Assembly (NCBI GenBank): GCA_030447385.1
Contig: JAUJOY010000002.1
Location: forward strand, 99,392 to 163,391
Source: Mycobacteriales bacterium
Lineage (GTDB): Bacteria > Actinomycetota > Actinomycetes > Mycobacteriales > SCTD01
Direction: 5' to 3'
DNA: 64,000 nucleotides
In this document: piece after piece, positions 41,855-52,916 of the stretch
Layout: every line of letters begins with the position of its first letter
How positions within the stretch are numbered: the first letter of the stretch is position 1
The notes under the pieces: generated by a model
The model's database searches: none
What the model was told of the DNA's origin: nothing
The model's input: the letters and a program-made list of their open reading frames with translations, nothing else
Translations under genes and position numbers: made by a program

Positions 41855-42482
41855 CCGCCTGCGGGCGTTGCTGGCCCTCGGCGGGGTGCTCGCCCTGACG
41901 GCCAGCTGGGTGCTGGCGGGGGTGGTGACCGACGGGTTCGACCCGGTCCGCCAGAGCATCAGCCAGCTGCAGCGCGACGGGACGGCGACGGGCCGGGCGA
42001 TGACGGCGTCGTTCCTCGCCTTCTCCGTCGGTGCCCTGGCGCTGGCTCCGGTGCTGGGCCGCCGCATCGGGCGGGCCCCTCAGGTCGCGCTGACCGTGGC
42101 CGCGCTGGCCACGGCGGGCGCCGCCGCCTCGCCGCTCGGCGAGGTGCGCGGGGGGATGCAGGACGCGGTCCACCTCACCTTTGGCACGGCCGGCTACGCG
42201 TCGCTGTCGGTTCTGCCCCTGCTCGCGGGCTGGGCCCTGCGCCGCGAAGCGCCCCGCGCCTCCTCGATGTCGCTGATGCTCGGCGCGCTCACCGCGGCGT
42301 CCCTGCTCGGCACCGTGCCGGCTGAGGCCGTGTCAGGAGCTCTCCAGCGGGTCGGCTTCCTGGCCGGGCACCTGTGGATCGCAGGGTTCGCGGTGGCGGT
42401 GCTGCTCAGAGAAAGCCGTGCTCCGGGCCAGGAAAGCGTCCCTCCCGCACGTCCTCGGCGTAGGTCCGGGCCGCCTGGGTGA
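41847..42482 (+). CDS. DUF998-like membrane protein
   Basis: [18 protein letters not shown]; multiple TM segments. Confidence 0.7.
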   Translation: MSDRLRALLALGGVLALTASWVLAGVVTDGFDPVRQSISQLQRDGTATGRAMTASFLAFSVGALALAPVLGRRIGRAPQVALTVAALATAGAAASPLGEVRGGMQDAVHLTFGTAGYASLSVLPLLAGWALRREAPRASSMSLMLGALTAASLLGTVPAEAVSGALQRVGFLAGHLWIAGFAVAVLLRESRAPGQESVPPARPRRRSGPPG

Positions 42483-43242
42483 GGACGCCGCGCAGGTCGG
42501 CGTAGCGCTTGACGAAGGTCAACGGGGCGCCGGCGGTGAGCCCGGCCATGTCGGTCCACACCAGCACCTGGGCGTCACAGCCCGGGCCGGCACCGATGCC
42601 GATGGTGGGGACGGACAGCTCCTTGGTCACCCGCTCGGCGAGCTCGGCGGGAACGGCCTCCAGCACCACCGCGAACACGCCGGCGGCCTGCAGCGCCAGG
42701 GCATCGGCCAGCAGCACCTCGCCGGCCTCGCCCCGCCCCTGCACGCGCAGGCCGGTCACGAGCTCGGACTGCGGCGTCAGCCCAACATGGCCCATGACCG
42801 GGATGCCCGCCGACACGAGCAGCTCGACCTGCGGGACGACGCGGCGCCCACCCTCGAGCTTGACCGCATGCGCGCCTGCCTGCTGCAGGAAGCGCACGGC
42901 AGTGGCGAAGGCCTGCTCCGGCGAGGCCTGGTAGCTGCCGAACGGCAGGTCGGCCACCACGAGCGGCCGGGTCGTCGCACGCACGACAGCGCGTACGAGC
43001 GGCAGCAGGTCCTCCACCGTCACCGGCACGGTCGAGGAGTAGCCGAGCACGTTGTTGCCGGCCGAGTCGCCCACGAGCAGGACGGGGATCCCGGCGGCCT
43101 CGAAGATCCCGGCGCTGAGCATGTCGTAGGACGTCAGCATCGCCCAGCGCTCGCCGCGGTCCTTGGCCCTCTGCAGGTCCCGGCCGGTGACCCGGCGGTC
43201 GGGAGCGCCGCCGTGCAGGGGTGGCGGGCCGTCGGTGCTCAT
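42406..43242 (-). CDS. panB: 3-methyl-2-oxobutanoate hydroxymethyltransferase
   Basis: [38 protein letters not shown]. Confidence 0.97.
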   Translation of the reverse strand: MSTDGPPPLHGGAPDRRVTGRDLQRAKDRGERWAMLTSYDMLSAGIFEAAGIPVLLVGDSAGNNVLGYSSTVPVTVEDLLPLVRAVVRATTRPLVVADLPFGSYQASPEQAFATAVRFLQQAGAHAVKLEGGRRVVPQVELLVSAGIPVMGHVGLTPQSELVTGLRVQGRGEAGEVLLADALALQAAGVFAVVLEAVPAELAERVTKELSVPTIGIGAGPGCDAQVLVWTDMAGLTAGAPLTFVKRYADLRGVLTQAARTYAEDVREGRFPGPEHGFL

Positions 43243-43337
43243 GCGCGGCCGGTCGTCATGCGCCCAGGGTGCCACCCCTTGCCGTTGCGACCACTGTGGC
43301 GCGTGTCACGCGCCCTCCGCCGCCGTCGGGTATCAGA

Positions 43338-43394
43338 ACGGTTGCGTCTCGCAACCAGCGGTCCTAGTGTCGAGCACTTGCGATACGGCTGCGT
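43338..43394. promoter_or_regulatory. Two copies of ACGGYTGCGT, candidate TetR operators
   Basis: 43338..43347 and 43385..43394, each an imperfect palindrome, upstream of the MFS-TetR-MFS operon. Confidence 0.5.
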
Positions 43395-43413
43395 ACAGCA
43401 AGGAGCTGAGAGC

Positions 43414-44967
43414 ATGGGGCAGCGCTCTGTCCACGACCGGCGATGGTGGATCCTCGCGACGCTGGTGCTGAGCCTGATCGTGGTCGTGATCGACAACACG
43501 ATCCTCAACGTGGCGCTCAAGACCATCCAGCAGGACCTCGGCGCCACCCAGAGCGAGCTGGCCTGGGCGGTCAACGCCTACACGCTGGTCTTCGCCGGAC
43601 TCCTGTTCACCTACGGCGTGCTCGGCGACCGCTACGGGCGGCGGCTCGCGCTCGTCGTGGGGCTGGTGCTGTTCGGCCTGTCCTCGCTGCTCGCGGCGTT
43701 CGCCTCCAGCCCCGAGACGCTCATCGCCGCTCGCGCGCTCATGGGCATCGGCGGGGCGGCGATCATGCCGTCGACGCTGAGCATCCTCAACTCCGTGTTC
43801 GACGCGGAGGAGCGCGCCAAGGCGGTGGGCGTGTGGTCGGGCTTCGTGGGGATGGCGGTGGCCGTCGGGCCGATCACGGGAGGTCTGCTGCTCGAGCACT
43901 TCTGGTGGGGCTCGGTCTTCCTGGTCAACGTGCCGGTCGTGCTCCTCGCGCTCGGTGCGATCGTGTGGGTCGTTCCGGAGTCCCGGGACCCCAGCCCGCA
44001 GCGCGTCGATGCGCTGGGGGTGGTCCTGTCGATCGTCGGGCTCACCCTGGTGGTCTACGCCGTCGTCCGCGGCGGCGAGACCACCCGGTGGGGGAGCCCG
44101 GCGGTGCTGGGGGCCCTGCTCGGCGGCGTGGCCGTGCTGGCACTGTTCACCGTCCTGCAGCGGCGCACGCCCGCGCCCATGCTCGACGTGCGGCTGTTCC
44201 GCAACCCCTCCTTCTCGGCGGCGTGCGGCGCGGTGACCCTCGCGTTGTTCGCGCTGTTCGGGACGTTGTTCTTCCTGACCTTCTACCTGCAGTACGCGAG
44301 GGGGCTCTCCCCTCTGCAGGCAGGCCTCACCTTCCTCGCGGTCGCCCTGTCGATGAGCGTCTTCGCGCCACGCAGCGCCCGGCTCGTGCGCCGCTACGGT
44401 GCGAAGGCCGTCTGCGCCACCGGCCTCGCCCTGCTGACCGCGTCGTTCTCCGGCTACCAGTTCGTCACGGCGCAGACGCCGCTCGCTCTCGTCGTCGTCC
44501 TGCTCTTCCTGCAGGGTGCGGGGATGGCGCACGTGGTCGCGCCGGCCACCGAGTCGATCCTGTCGACCCTGCCCCGAGAGCGCGCCGGTGCCGGCTCGGC
44601 CGTCAACACCACGCTGCGCCAGGTCGGGGGCACCCTCGGCGTGGCTGTGCTCGGCTCCATCCTCGCCGTCAGCTATCGCTCGGCCATCACGCCTGCCCTC
44701 GGTGGGCTGCCGCCCGAGGCGCGCGAGCTGGCAGGGGAGTCCATCGGCGGGACGCAGCTCGCGGCCGAACAGCTCGCCGGACCGGCCCGGGAGGCGCTCA
44801 CGGCCGCCGCCACCTCCGCGTTCGTCGACGCGATGCACACCACCGCCCTCGGGTCGGCGGTGATCGCCGCGCTCGGGGTGCTGGTCGTCCTGCGCTGGCT
44901 GCCCGGCCGCGCGGACGGCGGCCAGGGCATTCCCGTACCCGACCGGAGGAAGGTGGCCGTGTCATGA
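43414..44967 (+). CDS. MFS drug-efflux transporter (DHA2, 14 TMS)
   Basis: DNTILNVAL, GDRYGRR, GPITGG, NVPV; RBS AAGGAG. Confidence 0.9.
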   Translation: MGQRSVHDRRWWILATLVLSLIVVVIDNTILNVALKTIQQDLGATQSELAWAVNAYTLVFAGLLFTYGVLGDRYGRRLALVVGLVLFGLSSLLAAFASSPETLIAARALMGIGGAAIMPSTLSILNSVFDAEERAKAVGVWSGFVGMAVAVGPITGGLLLEHFWWGSVFLVNVPVVLLALGAIVWVVPESRDPSPQRVDALGVVLSIVGLTLVVYAVVRGGETTRWGSPAVLGALLGGVAVLALFTVLQRRTPAPMLDVRLFRNPSFSAACGAVTLALFALFGTLFFLTFYLQYARGLSPLQAGLTFLAVALSMSVFAPRSARLVRRYGAKAVCATGLALLTASFSGYQFVTAQTPLALVVVLLFLQGAGMAHVVAPATESILSTLPRERAGAGSAVNTTLRQVGGTLGVAVLGSILAVSYRSAITPALGGLPPEARELAGESIGGTQLAAEQLAGPAREALTAAATSAFVDAMHTTALGSAVIAALGVLVVLRWLPGRADGGQGIPVPDRRKVAVS

Positions 44968-45599
44968 CGATCACGCCCGACACGTGCGCGACGCGACAGC
45001 TGGGCCGCCCCCGCGACCCCAGGCTCGACGCCGCCATCCTCGACGCGACCCTGCGCCTGCTGGCCGCCGGCGGCTACACGGCCCTGACGATGGAGGCGGT
45101 GGCCGCCTCGGCGGGGGTCGGCAAGGCCACGCTCTACCGCCGCTTCCCGGGCAAGGAGCAGCTGGTCATCGAGGCCGTGGCCTCCCTCGGCGAGCCGCCG
45201 GAGCGCGTCAGCGGCGCCGGCGTGCGCGACGAGCTGGTCGCGCTGCTCGAGGCGATCCGCCGCAAGAGCGACTCCTCGATCGCCGGGAAGATCTTCCCCC
45301 GGCTGCTCAGTGCCGCGGCGGACAACCCGGAGCTGATGCGGCGCTACCGCGAGCAGGTGATCGATCCACGGCGGGCGCGTTTCGTCGGCGTGCTGCATCG
45401 TGGCGTGCAGGAGGGGCTGGTCCGGTCCGACGTCGACCTGGCCTACGCGGTCGATCTGCTGGTGGGGCCGATGGTCTACCGCAACCTGATCCGCAACGAT
45501 CCGCCCCCGGGCCCGCAGCTCGCGGGCCAGATCGTCGACGACGTCCTTGCGGCCCTCGGCCCCCGCGCCCCCACGACCCTTCCGGAGCAGCAGTCATGA
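44964..45599 (+). CDS. TetR-family regulator
   Basis: GRPRDP, TMEAVAASAGVGKATLYRRFPGKEQL. Confidence 0.92.
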   Translation: MTITPDTCATRQLGRPRDPRLDAAILDATLRLLAAGGYTALTMEAVAASAGVGKATLYRRFPGKEQLVIEAVASLGEPPERVSGAGVRDELVALLEAIRRKSDSSIAGKIFPRLLSAAADNPELMRRYREQVIDPRRARFVGVLHRGVQEGLVRSDVDLAYAVDLLVGPMVYRNLIRNDPPPGPQLAGQIVDDVLAALGPRAPTTLPEQQS

Positions 45600-47236
45600 C
45601 CGGCACGGCAGGCCGTACCCCGGAGACCGACGAGCCGCCGGATCGCACCCACCGGCAGATCCTGGTTCTCCTGTCCGGCCTCCTGCTCGGGATGTTCCTC
45701 GCCGCGCTCGACCAGACCGTCGTGTCGACGGCGATGCGCACCATCGCCGACCAGCTCGAGGGGCAGACGGCGCAGGCGGGGGTCACCACCGCCTACCTCG
45801 TCACCTCGACCATCACGACCCCGCTGTACGGCAAGCTCAGCGACCAGTACGGGCGCAAGCCCTTCTACGTGTTCGCCATCGCGATCTTCATCGTGGGATC
45901 GATGCTGTGCGGGCTCGCCACGAACATCTACGAGCTCGCCGCGTACCGGGCGGTGCAGGGCATCGGGGCCGGCGGACTGCTGTCGCTGGCCTTCGCCATC
46001 GTGGGCGACCTGGTCCCGCCGCGCGAGCGGGGCCGCTACCAGGGCTGGTTCATTGCGGTGTTCGGCCTCAGCAGCGTGCTGGGGCCGATCGTGGGCGGGA
46101 CGCTTGCCGGGCAGAGCACGCTGCTGGGCATCGACGGCTGGCGGTGGATCTTCTACCTCAACGTGCCGCTCGGCCTGCTCGCGCTCACCGTCGTGCTGCG
46201 TCACCTGTCCCTCCCGCGCAAGCGGTCGTCGGCGCGCATCGACTTCCTGGGCGCCGGGCTGCTCACCTCCGCCGTCGTCCCGGTGCTTCTGCTGGCCGAG
46301 AAGGGCCGTGACGTGGGCTGGGGGTCTGCCCTCAGCCTGGGCCTGCTCGTCCTGTCGGTGGCGTCGCTGGTGTCCTTCGTGGCCTGGGAGCGGCGGATGG
46401 GGGAGACGGCGATCCTGCCGCTGCGGGTGTTCTCCAGCAGCGTCTTCAGCATCACCAGCGTGACCGCTCTTCTGGTGGGAGCCGGGATGTTCGGCGGCAT
46501 CGTCGTCCTACCGCTCTACCTGCAGATCGTGCGCGGGGCCTCGCCCACGGCGGCCGGGCTGCAGCTGATCCCGTTCATGGTGGGCATCCTGATCACGTCC
46601 ATGGTCTCGGGCCGGGTCATGAGCCGCACCGGCCGCTACAAGGTGCTGCCCACCATCGGCACGTCGTTCATGTTCACCGCCCTGCTGCTGATGTCGACGC
46701 TCGACGTCGACACGCCGCTGTGGCAGGCGATGCTCTTCATGGTCGTCATGGGGGCCGGCCTGGGACTGTCCATGCAGACCCTCGTGATCAGCGTGCAGAA
46801 CGCCCTGCCGGCCCGGGACATGGGCATCGCCACGTCGTCGGTCTCGTTCTTCCGCTCGCTCGGGGGGACGCTCGGCGCGGCCGTGGCGCTGGCCATCCTG
46901 TTCGGCTCGCTGGCGGGCAACATCCAGGACCGCGCGCGCGCAGCGGGGCTGCCGGCCGACGTGGTCGACCGCTTCTCCAGCGCCACCGCGCTGGACGACA
47001 GCTCCATCATCCCGAACCTGCCCGATGCCATCGAGCGCGCGGTGCGGGACGGCTTCGCCGACTCGATGTCGACGGTGTTCCTGGTGTTCGCGATGCTGCT
47101 CGTGCCCGCCTTCGTCCTGACCCTGCTGGTCAAGGAGATCCCGTTGCGGGCGAAGGGCGGTCTGGCCTCGGCGCACGCCGACGCCAAGACCGAGGAGGCG
47201 CTGTCAGCGACCCGCTCCGAGACGGCGGTGCTCTGA
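45596..47236 (+). CDS. MFS drug-efflux transporter (MDR/DHA2)
   Basis: ALDQTVVSTA, YGKLSDQYGRK, PPRERGRYQG, WRWIFYLNVP. Confidence 0.9.
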   Translation: MTGTAGRTPETDEPPDRTHRQILVLLSGLLLGMFLAALDQTVVSTAMRTIADQLEGQTAQAGVTTAYLVTSTITTPLYGKLSDQYGRKPFYVFAIAIFIVGSMLCGLATNIYELAAYRAVQGIGAGGLLSLAFAIVGDLVPPRERGRYQGWFIAVFGLSSVLGPIVGGTLAGQSTLLGIDGWRWIFYLNVPLGLLALTVVLRHLSLPRKRSSARIDFLGAGLLTSAVVPVLLLAEKGRDVGWGSALSLGLLVLSVASLVSFVAWERRMGETAILPLRVFSSSVFSITSVTALLVGAGMFGGIVVLPLYLQIVRGASPTAAGLQLIPFMVGILITSMVSGRVMSRTGRYKVLPTIGTSFMFTALLLMSTLDVDTPLWQAMLFMVVMGAGLGLSMQTLVISVQNALPARDMGIATSSVSFFRSLGGTLGAAVALAILFGSLAGNIQDRARAAGLPADVVDRFSSATALDDSSIIPNLPDAIERAVRDGFADSMSTVFLVFAMLLVPAFVLTLLVKEIPLRAKGGLASAHADAKTEEALSATRSETAVL

Positions 47237-47247
47237 CGCTTCCCGGC

Positions 47248-47499
47248 TCAGCGCAACGGGCAGCGGCACAGGCAGAGCCGGGACAGCCCCGGCGCGTTCC
47301 GGCTGGCGACCAGTACCCGCTGAAGGCCCAGCTCGTCCGGCACGGCCACCTGGACGACGGCGTCGAAGGCCCCCGTCGTGCTGCTGGCGTCGGTCACCCC
47401 TGGCACGCGCTCGAGGTAGTCGCGGACGGCGAAGGCCGCCCCCGGGTCGGTCTGGATCAGCAGGTGGGCGCGCAGGCGTGGGTCGAGGACCGCTGTCAT
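47248..47499 (-). CDS. Stand-alone Lrp/AsnC ligand-binding domain protein
   Basis: LLIQTDPG, TTGAFDAVV. Confidence 0.65.
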   Translation of the reverse strand: MTAVLDPRLRAHLLIQTDPGAAFAVRDYLERVPGVTDASSTTGAFDAVVQVAVPDELGLQRVLVASRNAPGLSRLCLCRCPLR

Positions 47500-47630
47500 C
47501 GGGCCCGCCCCCAGGACCAGGGCCAGCGATTTGCTCCCGTGCGGCATGTGCCCCACCTCCGCAGCCAGCCTGCCCGCGGCATGTTCCGTACAGATGACGC
47601 GCCGGTTCAGGTGTCGTGTCGCAGCGAGGC

Positions 47631-49421
47631 TCAGGCAGGGTCCGGATGCACCGTCCCGGGGCCGGGCGGTGACACGACCTCCCGCCACCGCGAGGTGATG
47701 GGCAGCCGCCGGTCCCGGCCGAACGCCCTGCCGGTGATCTTCGGCCCCGGCGGCGACTGGCGCCGCTTGTACTCCGCGGCGTCCACGAGCCGGACCACCC
47801 GGTCGACGAGCTCGGGCTCGAATCCGGCCGCCACCAGCTGCGCAGGCCCCTGGTCCTGCTCCACGTAGGCGTCGAGCAGCGGGTCGAGCAGCTCGTACGG
47901 CGGCAGCCGGTCGCTGTCCATCTGCCCCGGCGCGAGCTCGGCCGAGGGCGGCTTGTCGATGCTGCTCTGCGGGATCGGGGGCTGCTCGCCGCGCTCGACC
48001 GCGACCGCGTTGCGCCACCGGGCGAGCTGCCACACCAGGGTCTTGGGAACGTCCTTGATGGGCGCGAACCCGCCCGCCGAGTCGCCGTACAGGGTGGAGA
48101 AGCCGGTCGCCAGCTCGCTCTTGTTGCCGGTCGTGAGCACGAGGTGGCCGTGCTGGTTCGACAGCGCCATGAGGGTGGTGCCGCGTACCCGCGCCTGGAG
48201 GTTCTCCGCCGCCAGGCCAGTCAGCTCGCCGAGCCCCTGCCACGCGTCGACCACGGCGCCGATCGGCACCAGCGACCAGTGCAGCCCCTGCCGCTTCGCG
48301 AGGTCCTCGGCGTCCCGGATCGAGTGGTCGGACGACCACGCGCTCGGCATCCCCACGACGTGCACGGCGTCCGGGCCGAGCGCGTCGCAGGCGATCGTGG
48401 CGACCAGCGCCGAGTCGATCCCGCCGGAGAGCCCGACCACCACCGAGTCGAAGCGGTTCTTGCGTACGTAGTCCCGGGTGGCGGTCACGAGCGCCCCCCA
48501 CACCTCCTCCTCCGCGCCGAGCGCCGCCGCCACCCGTGCCGGCTCCGGCTCGTAGGGCGGGAGCGGTTCGGCCGACAGCACGGTCCGCTCGATCGTCATC
48601 GAGCTGCCCGCCGCGGTGCCGGTGCGCTCGCAGGTCCCGGCCGGCAGGTCGAGGTCGACGACGAGCAGCTCCTCGTGCCACAGGCGCGCCCTGGCGGTCA
48701 GCGTCCCGGCGGCGTCCACGACGAGGGAGTCGCCGTCGAAGACCAGCTCGTCCTGGCCGCCCACAGCGTTGACGTAGAGGAGGGCGGCCGCGGCCTCGAC
48801 CGCCCGGCGACCGGCCAGGGGTGCGCGCAGGTCGTCCTTGTCCTGCTCGTAGGGCGAGCCGTTGATGCACACGACCAGCCCCACCCCCGCCTCGTGCGCG
48901 ACCGCGATGGGGCCGCCGTCCTGCCACAGGTCCTCGCAGACGACGGTGGTGACGTCCACCCCGTGCAGCCGGAGGATCGGCAACCGGTCGCCGCGTACGA
49001 AGTAGCGGAACTCGTCGAACACGCCGTAGTTCGGCAGGTGGTGCTTGGCGTAGCGGGACACCACGCGACCGCCGACGAGTACGGCCGCGGAGTTCTGCGG
49101 CTCTCCCGCGGGGCGACCCAGAGCCGGCGCCGGCTGCTCACTGCGCCCGCAGTAGCCGACGACGACGGCGACGTCGCCCAGGCCGTCGGAGGCGAGCCGG
49201 ACGGCGAGTGCCTCGAGCGCGTCCAGGCTCGCCTGGACGAACGACGAGCGCAGCACCAGGTCCTCGGCCGGGTAGCCGGTGAGCACCATCTCGGGGAAGG
49301 CGACGAGGTGGCAGCCCCGCTCGGCCGCCCGGCGGGTCCACGCGCACACGATCTCGGCGTTGCCGGCGAGGTCGCCGACGGTGCTGTCGACCTGGGCGAG
49401 TCCGACCCTCAGCTGAGGCAT
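47631..49421 (-). CDS. nadE: Glutamine-dependent NAD+ synthetase
   Basis: Nitrilase domain (FPE, KHHLPNYGVFDE, CEDLW) plus SGGIDS, NLQARVRG, TGNKSE, PSAEL. Confidence 0.96.
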   Translation of the reverse strand: MPQLRVGLAQVDSTVGDLAGNAEIVCAWTRRAAERGCHLVAFPEMVLTGYPAEDLVLRSSFVQASLDALEALAVRLASDGLGDVAVVVGYCGRSEQPAPALGRPAGEPQNSAAVLVGGRVVSRYAKHHLPNYGVFDEFRYFVRGDRLPILRLHGVDVTTVVCEDLWQDGGPIAVAHEAGVGLVVCINGSPYEQDKDDLRAPLAGRRAVEAAAALLYVNAVGGQDELVFDGDSLVVDAAGTLTARARLWHEELLVVDLDLPAGTCERTGTAAGSSMTIERTVLSAEPLPPYEPEPARVAAALGAEEEVWGALVTATRDYVRKNRFDSVVVGLSGGIDSALVATIACDALGPDAVHVVGMPSAWSSDHSIRDAEDLAKRQGLHWSLVPIGAVVDAWQGLGELTGLAAENLQARVRGTTLMALSNQHGHLVLTTGNKSELATGFSTLYGDSAGGFAPIKDVPKTLVWQLARWRNAVAVERGEQPPIPQSSIDKPPSAELAPGQMDSDRLPPYELLDPLLDAYVEQDQGPAQLVAAGFEPELVDRVVRLVDAAEYKRRQSPPGPKITGRAFGRDRRLPITSRWREVVSPPGPGTVHPDPA

Positions 49422-49453
49422 GCGCCCAGGCTACGAGCGCCGGCACCGGCGAC

Positions 49454-50323
49454 CTACGCGCCGGGGACCTCGAGCGAGGCGTACTCCGCGTTGGTCAGCT
49501 CGAGCTCCGCTGCCGCGCAGTTCTCCTCCAGATGGCCGATCGAACCCGTTCCCGGTATCGGCAGCATCACCGGCGAGCGCCGCAGGAGCCAGGCGAGCGC
49601 GATCTGCGCCTGGGTCGCGCCGTGCGCGGCGGCGATCACGTCGAGCGTCCCACCCGGCTCGGACGGCTCACCGCCGGCCACCGGCAGCCACGGGATGAAG
49701 CCGATGCCCTCACGCTCGCAGTACTGCAGCACCTGCTCGGAGCGGCGGTTCCTGACGTTGTAGAGGTTCTGCACGGACACGACGTCGACCACCTCGCGGG
49801 CCGCCTCGATCTCGGCGACCGTCACCTCCGACAGCCCCACATGGCGGATCTTGCCAGCGTCCTGCAGCTCCTTGAGGGCGCCGAGGGACTCCTCCACCGG
49901 GACCTGAGGGTCGATGCGGTGCAGCTGGTAGAGCCCGATCTGCTCGACCCCGAGCCGTCGAAGGCTCATCTCGACGCACTGCCGCAGGTACTCCGGCCGT
50001 CCGACCGCCTCCCAGATCCCCGGTCCGCTGCGGGCGAGACCGCCCTTCGTGGCGATCAGGACCCCGTCGTAGGGGTGCAGCGCCTCGCGGATCAGCTCTT
50101 CGGAGACGTGCGGACCGTAGCTGTCAGCGGTGTCGACGAAGTCGACCCCCAGCTCGACGGCCCGCCGCAGCACGCCGATCGCGGTGTCGCGATCAGCCGG
50201 TGTGCCCCAGATCCCCTCGCCGGTGATGCGCATCGCCCCGTAGCCGAGGCGGTTGATCAGCAGGTCCCGTCCGAGCGAGAAGGTGCCGCTTGCGGTGACG
50301 GGCCGAGCGCTGATCGTGGTCAT
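49454..50323 (-). CDS. Aldo/keto reductase
   Basis: LGYGAM, DTADSYG, IATKGG, LYQLHR, GLSEV, VQNLYN, PIPGT. Confidence 0.92.
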   Translation of the reverse strand: MTTISARPVTASGTFSLGRDLLINRLGYGAMRITGEGIWGTPADRDTAIGVLRRAVELGVDFVDTADSYGPHVSEELIREALHPYDGVLIATKGGLARSGPGIWEAVGRPEYLRQCVEMSLRRLGVEQIGLYQLHRIDPQVPVEESLGALKELQDAGKIRHVGLSEVTVAEIEAAREVVDVVSVQNLYNVRNRRSEQVLQYCEREGIGFIPWLPVAGGEPSEPGGTLDVIAAAHGATQAQIALAWLLRRSPVMLPIPGTGSIGHLEENCAAAELELTNAEYASLEVPGA

Positions 50324-50445
50324 GTGTCCTCCGGACTCGTGTGGCGGCTCGGCTGCGCGACGGGCGACTGCTCGTGTGGGCCGCTGCCGGTCCCCTTCCC
50401 TGCGGCGCCGGGTTGACCCGCCGGTCCGCGCTAGCTGCCGGCCCG

Positions 50446-51213
50446 TCACGGACCCGGTACGAAGTCCTTCAGCCGCGCCGCGAGGTCGCGGTTCCCCCTG
50501 ACGGTCAGGAGACCCTCGTCGAGAGCGAGCCGACCGTACGCGTAGAGCAGCACAGCGTCATCGCCGCCCTCGATCACGACGGCCGGCTCGCCCAGCGGCG
50601 GTCCCCAAGAGGCCCCGTCGTATCCCGCCTCGAGACGCGTCGTCGGGCCGGCGAGGCGGATCGTCGTGCCCGCAGGGGGCCGGTCCGCAGCTCCCGCCGC
50701 CAGCACGGGCCAGAAGGCCTGCATCACGGCGGCGACTGGTGCGTGGGATCCCTGCGGCAGACGGTCCGGTGCCGCGGTGTCCCCGGACGGAGCCGCCACG
50801 GCGTGGGCCAGGTCACTGCTGTGCAGCGCGGCCTCCATCACGAACACCGACACCGCGAAGGCCATCGGCAGCTCCCCGTAGGGCATGGGGACGCCACCTG
50901 ACAACGGCTCCGACAGCTCCTCCATGCGTCCGACCAGGCCCGTCACGGCAATGCGGAGGGCAGGCACGATCTGCTCGCGCGGGAGCCGCAGCTGCGTACC
51001 GGCCGCGGGACCCTCCCCGCCCTCCCGAGCGACGGCGAGGCCGTCCTCCTCCAGCGTGACCCCCCAGTGCACGTGCCGCGCGAGGTCCTCGACGGTCCAG
51101 TCGGCCAGCCGGGTCGGTCGGTCCCACGCGTCAGGCCCGGCGGCCGCCAGCGTGTCGACGAACCAGGACCACTGGCGGCGTACCAGGTCGGTGGCGGCCG
51201 CGAGCTCGATCAT
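50446..51213 (-). CDS. Mycothiol-dependent maleylpyruvate isomerase (MDMPI/DinB-like) family protein
   Basis: [28 protein letters not shown]. Confidence 0.8.
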   Translation of the reverse strand: MIELAAATDLVRRQWSWFVDTLAAAGPDAWDRPTRLADWTVEDLARHVHWGVTLEEDGLAVAREGGEGPAAGTQLRLPREQIVPALRIAVTGLVGRMEELSEPLSGGVPMPYGELPMAFAVSVFVMEAALHSSDLAHAVAAPSGDTAAPDRLPQGSHAPVAAVMQAFWPVLAAGAADRPPAGTTIRLAGPTTRLEAGYDGASWGPPLGEPAVVIEGGDDAVLLYAYGRLALDEGLLTVRGNRDLAARLKDFVPGP

Positions 51214-52673
51214 GATCTCTCCCTGGGCGCGCTCGACAGGGTGCGCACCAGGCAGCTCATCCCCAGCTCGGTGGCCAGGCACGCCGCCCGGTCAGCAATC
51301 GCGCGGGCGGCAGAGTCCTCGCCGTGCAGCCGCAGCGTGCTGGCGAGCTCCACCATGGATCGGGCGGCGAGCCCGCGGGCCCCGGCCCGCTCGTTCGCCG
51401 CCACCGCCGAGGTGAGCTCGTCCACCGTACCGGGTAGGTCACCGAGGGGTGCGCAGGCACAGGCCCAGGTAGTGGGCGCCGGACCCGAGGTAGAGGGCAC
51501 CCGAACTCACGACGATCGCCTGGTGCGCCCAGGGGGCCAGGTGCCGGCGCAAGGCCCGGGCGGAGTCGGCGTCCGCCAGCAGCGCGGCCACCTCCGCGAG
51601 CTGGGCCATGACGTAGGCCCAGCTCAGGGTTCGCGGAACGTGCGCGAAGTCGTCCGCGGCGCTGACCGCGAAGTGGCGGCGAGACTCCTCCTGTCTGCCT
51701 TCCAGCGCGTGGAGGAGTGCCGGAGCGGACGACCAGGACTGCGGCAGCTGCTCCGCCCAGTGCTCGGCGAAGGGGAGCACCGACTCCGCCCCGTCGGTGT
51801 CGAGCTGCAGGCGCATCCGCTGAGCCAGCCAGACCTGGTCGACGGCGCCGTAGTTGGCCCGCCGGGCGTCCGACCGGAACCGCTCGATCAGCGGATCCGC
51901 AGCGCCGTAGTCGCCGACCGCCAGCGCGTGCATGGCACGCCACATCGGGGGATAGCAGAAGTACAGCGGTCGACCGAGACGGCCGACGAGGTCCTCGGCC
52001 TGCTGCTCGGCCTCGGCGGCTGCGGCCAGGTCTCCCGACTCGAGCACGTCGACGACGTGCAGCCGGGCTGCCTCCAGCTGCAGCTCCAGGTCATCGGTCT
52101 TCCCGGCTGCCTCGGCAGTGCGCGCGCCGTCCTTGCACCTGACGCGCAGCTGGTCGGGTCCGGTGCGCGCGGAGCGTCGCGCGAGCAGGGCCCGGGCGAG
52201 CGCTCCCATCGGCGCTCTGCTCGGCGAGGCGGACCGCGAACTCACAGGCACGCGTCCCCGCGGCCGTGTCACCGGCGTACAGCAGGGCCTGCCCGAGTGC
52301 CGCCAGCACCGAGCTGACCGCCGCGGGAGCGGAGGACGGCAGGGCGAGTTCGGCGGCACGCAGCAGCTCCACCGAGGTCGGTCCCCACTCGTCCCGCGGC
52401 AGGCGCGAGGCGAACAGCGCGCTCTCGTAGCCGAGCGCCGCGGTGACCAGCGCGTCCACGTCCCCCCCGGCCCTGGCTGCGTCCCTGGCGGCAGCGAACG
52501 ACTCCATCGCCCGCTGGAGGTGCCCGGATCGCCGCCCGCCTCTGCGCCGCCAGCGCGAAGTAGGACTCCTGGATGTGCGCGACGTCCTCGACGTCGAGCT
52601 GCTCGGACAGTGTGGTGAAGGCGACAAGATCAGCGAACACGACGCTGACGACGCGACGCTCGGTAGTGCTCAT
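51210..52673 (-). pseudogene. Fragmented adenylate/guanylate-cyclase + TPR signalling gene
   Basis: Starts ERRVVSVVFADLVAFTTLSEQLD (class III cyclase N-terminus). Helical TPR-like segments then continue across ORFs 52091..52627, 51439..52359 and 51210..51500 in different frames. Confidence 0.7.
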
Positions 52674-52916
52674 GTCCGCGCTCAAGGGTAATGCCGCCGG
52701 CTCCGCCGCCACCGGAGCGCAGGCTGGGGGAAGGGCCGGGGCGGCCTCCGCGTCCGGTGTCGGCGTGTCGGATTTCCCCCCGGACGAGGGCCATCCGCTC
52801 GGACACCTCGGGTGCATCGATGTCTACGGGGTGAACGCGGAGCCGCCAAGGGCCGTATGGACCAGCGAACCGCCACCCAGCGCCCCCACCGGGGGCCCTT
52901 GATCCAGGAGAGCACT

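Noticed and set aside
42406-42482. 77-bp convergent overlap of the DUF998-like gene and panB
   Set aside because: Tail overlaps are common in GC-rich genomes, and the overlapping tail is low complexity
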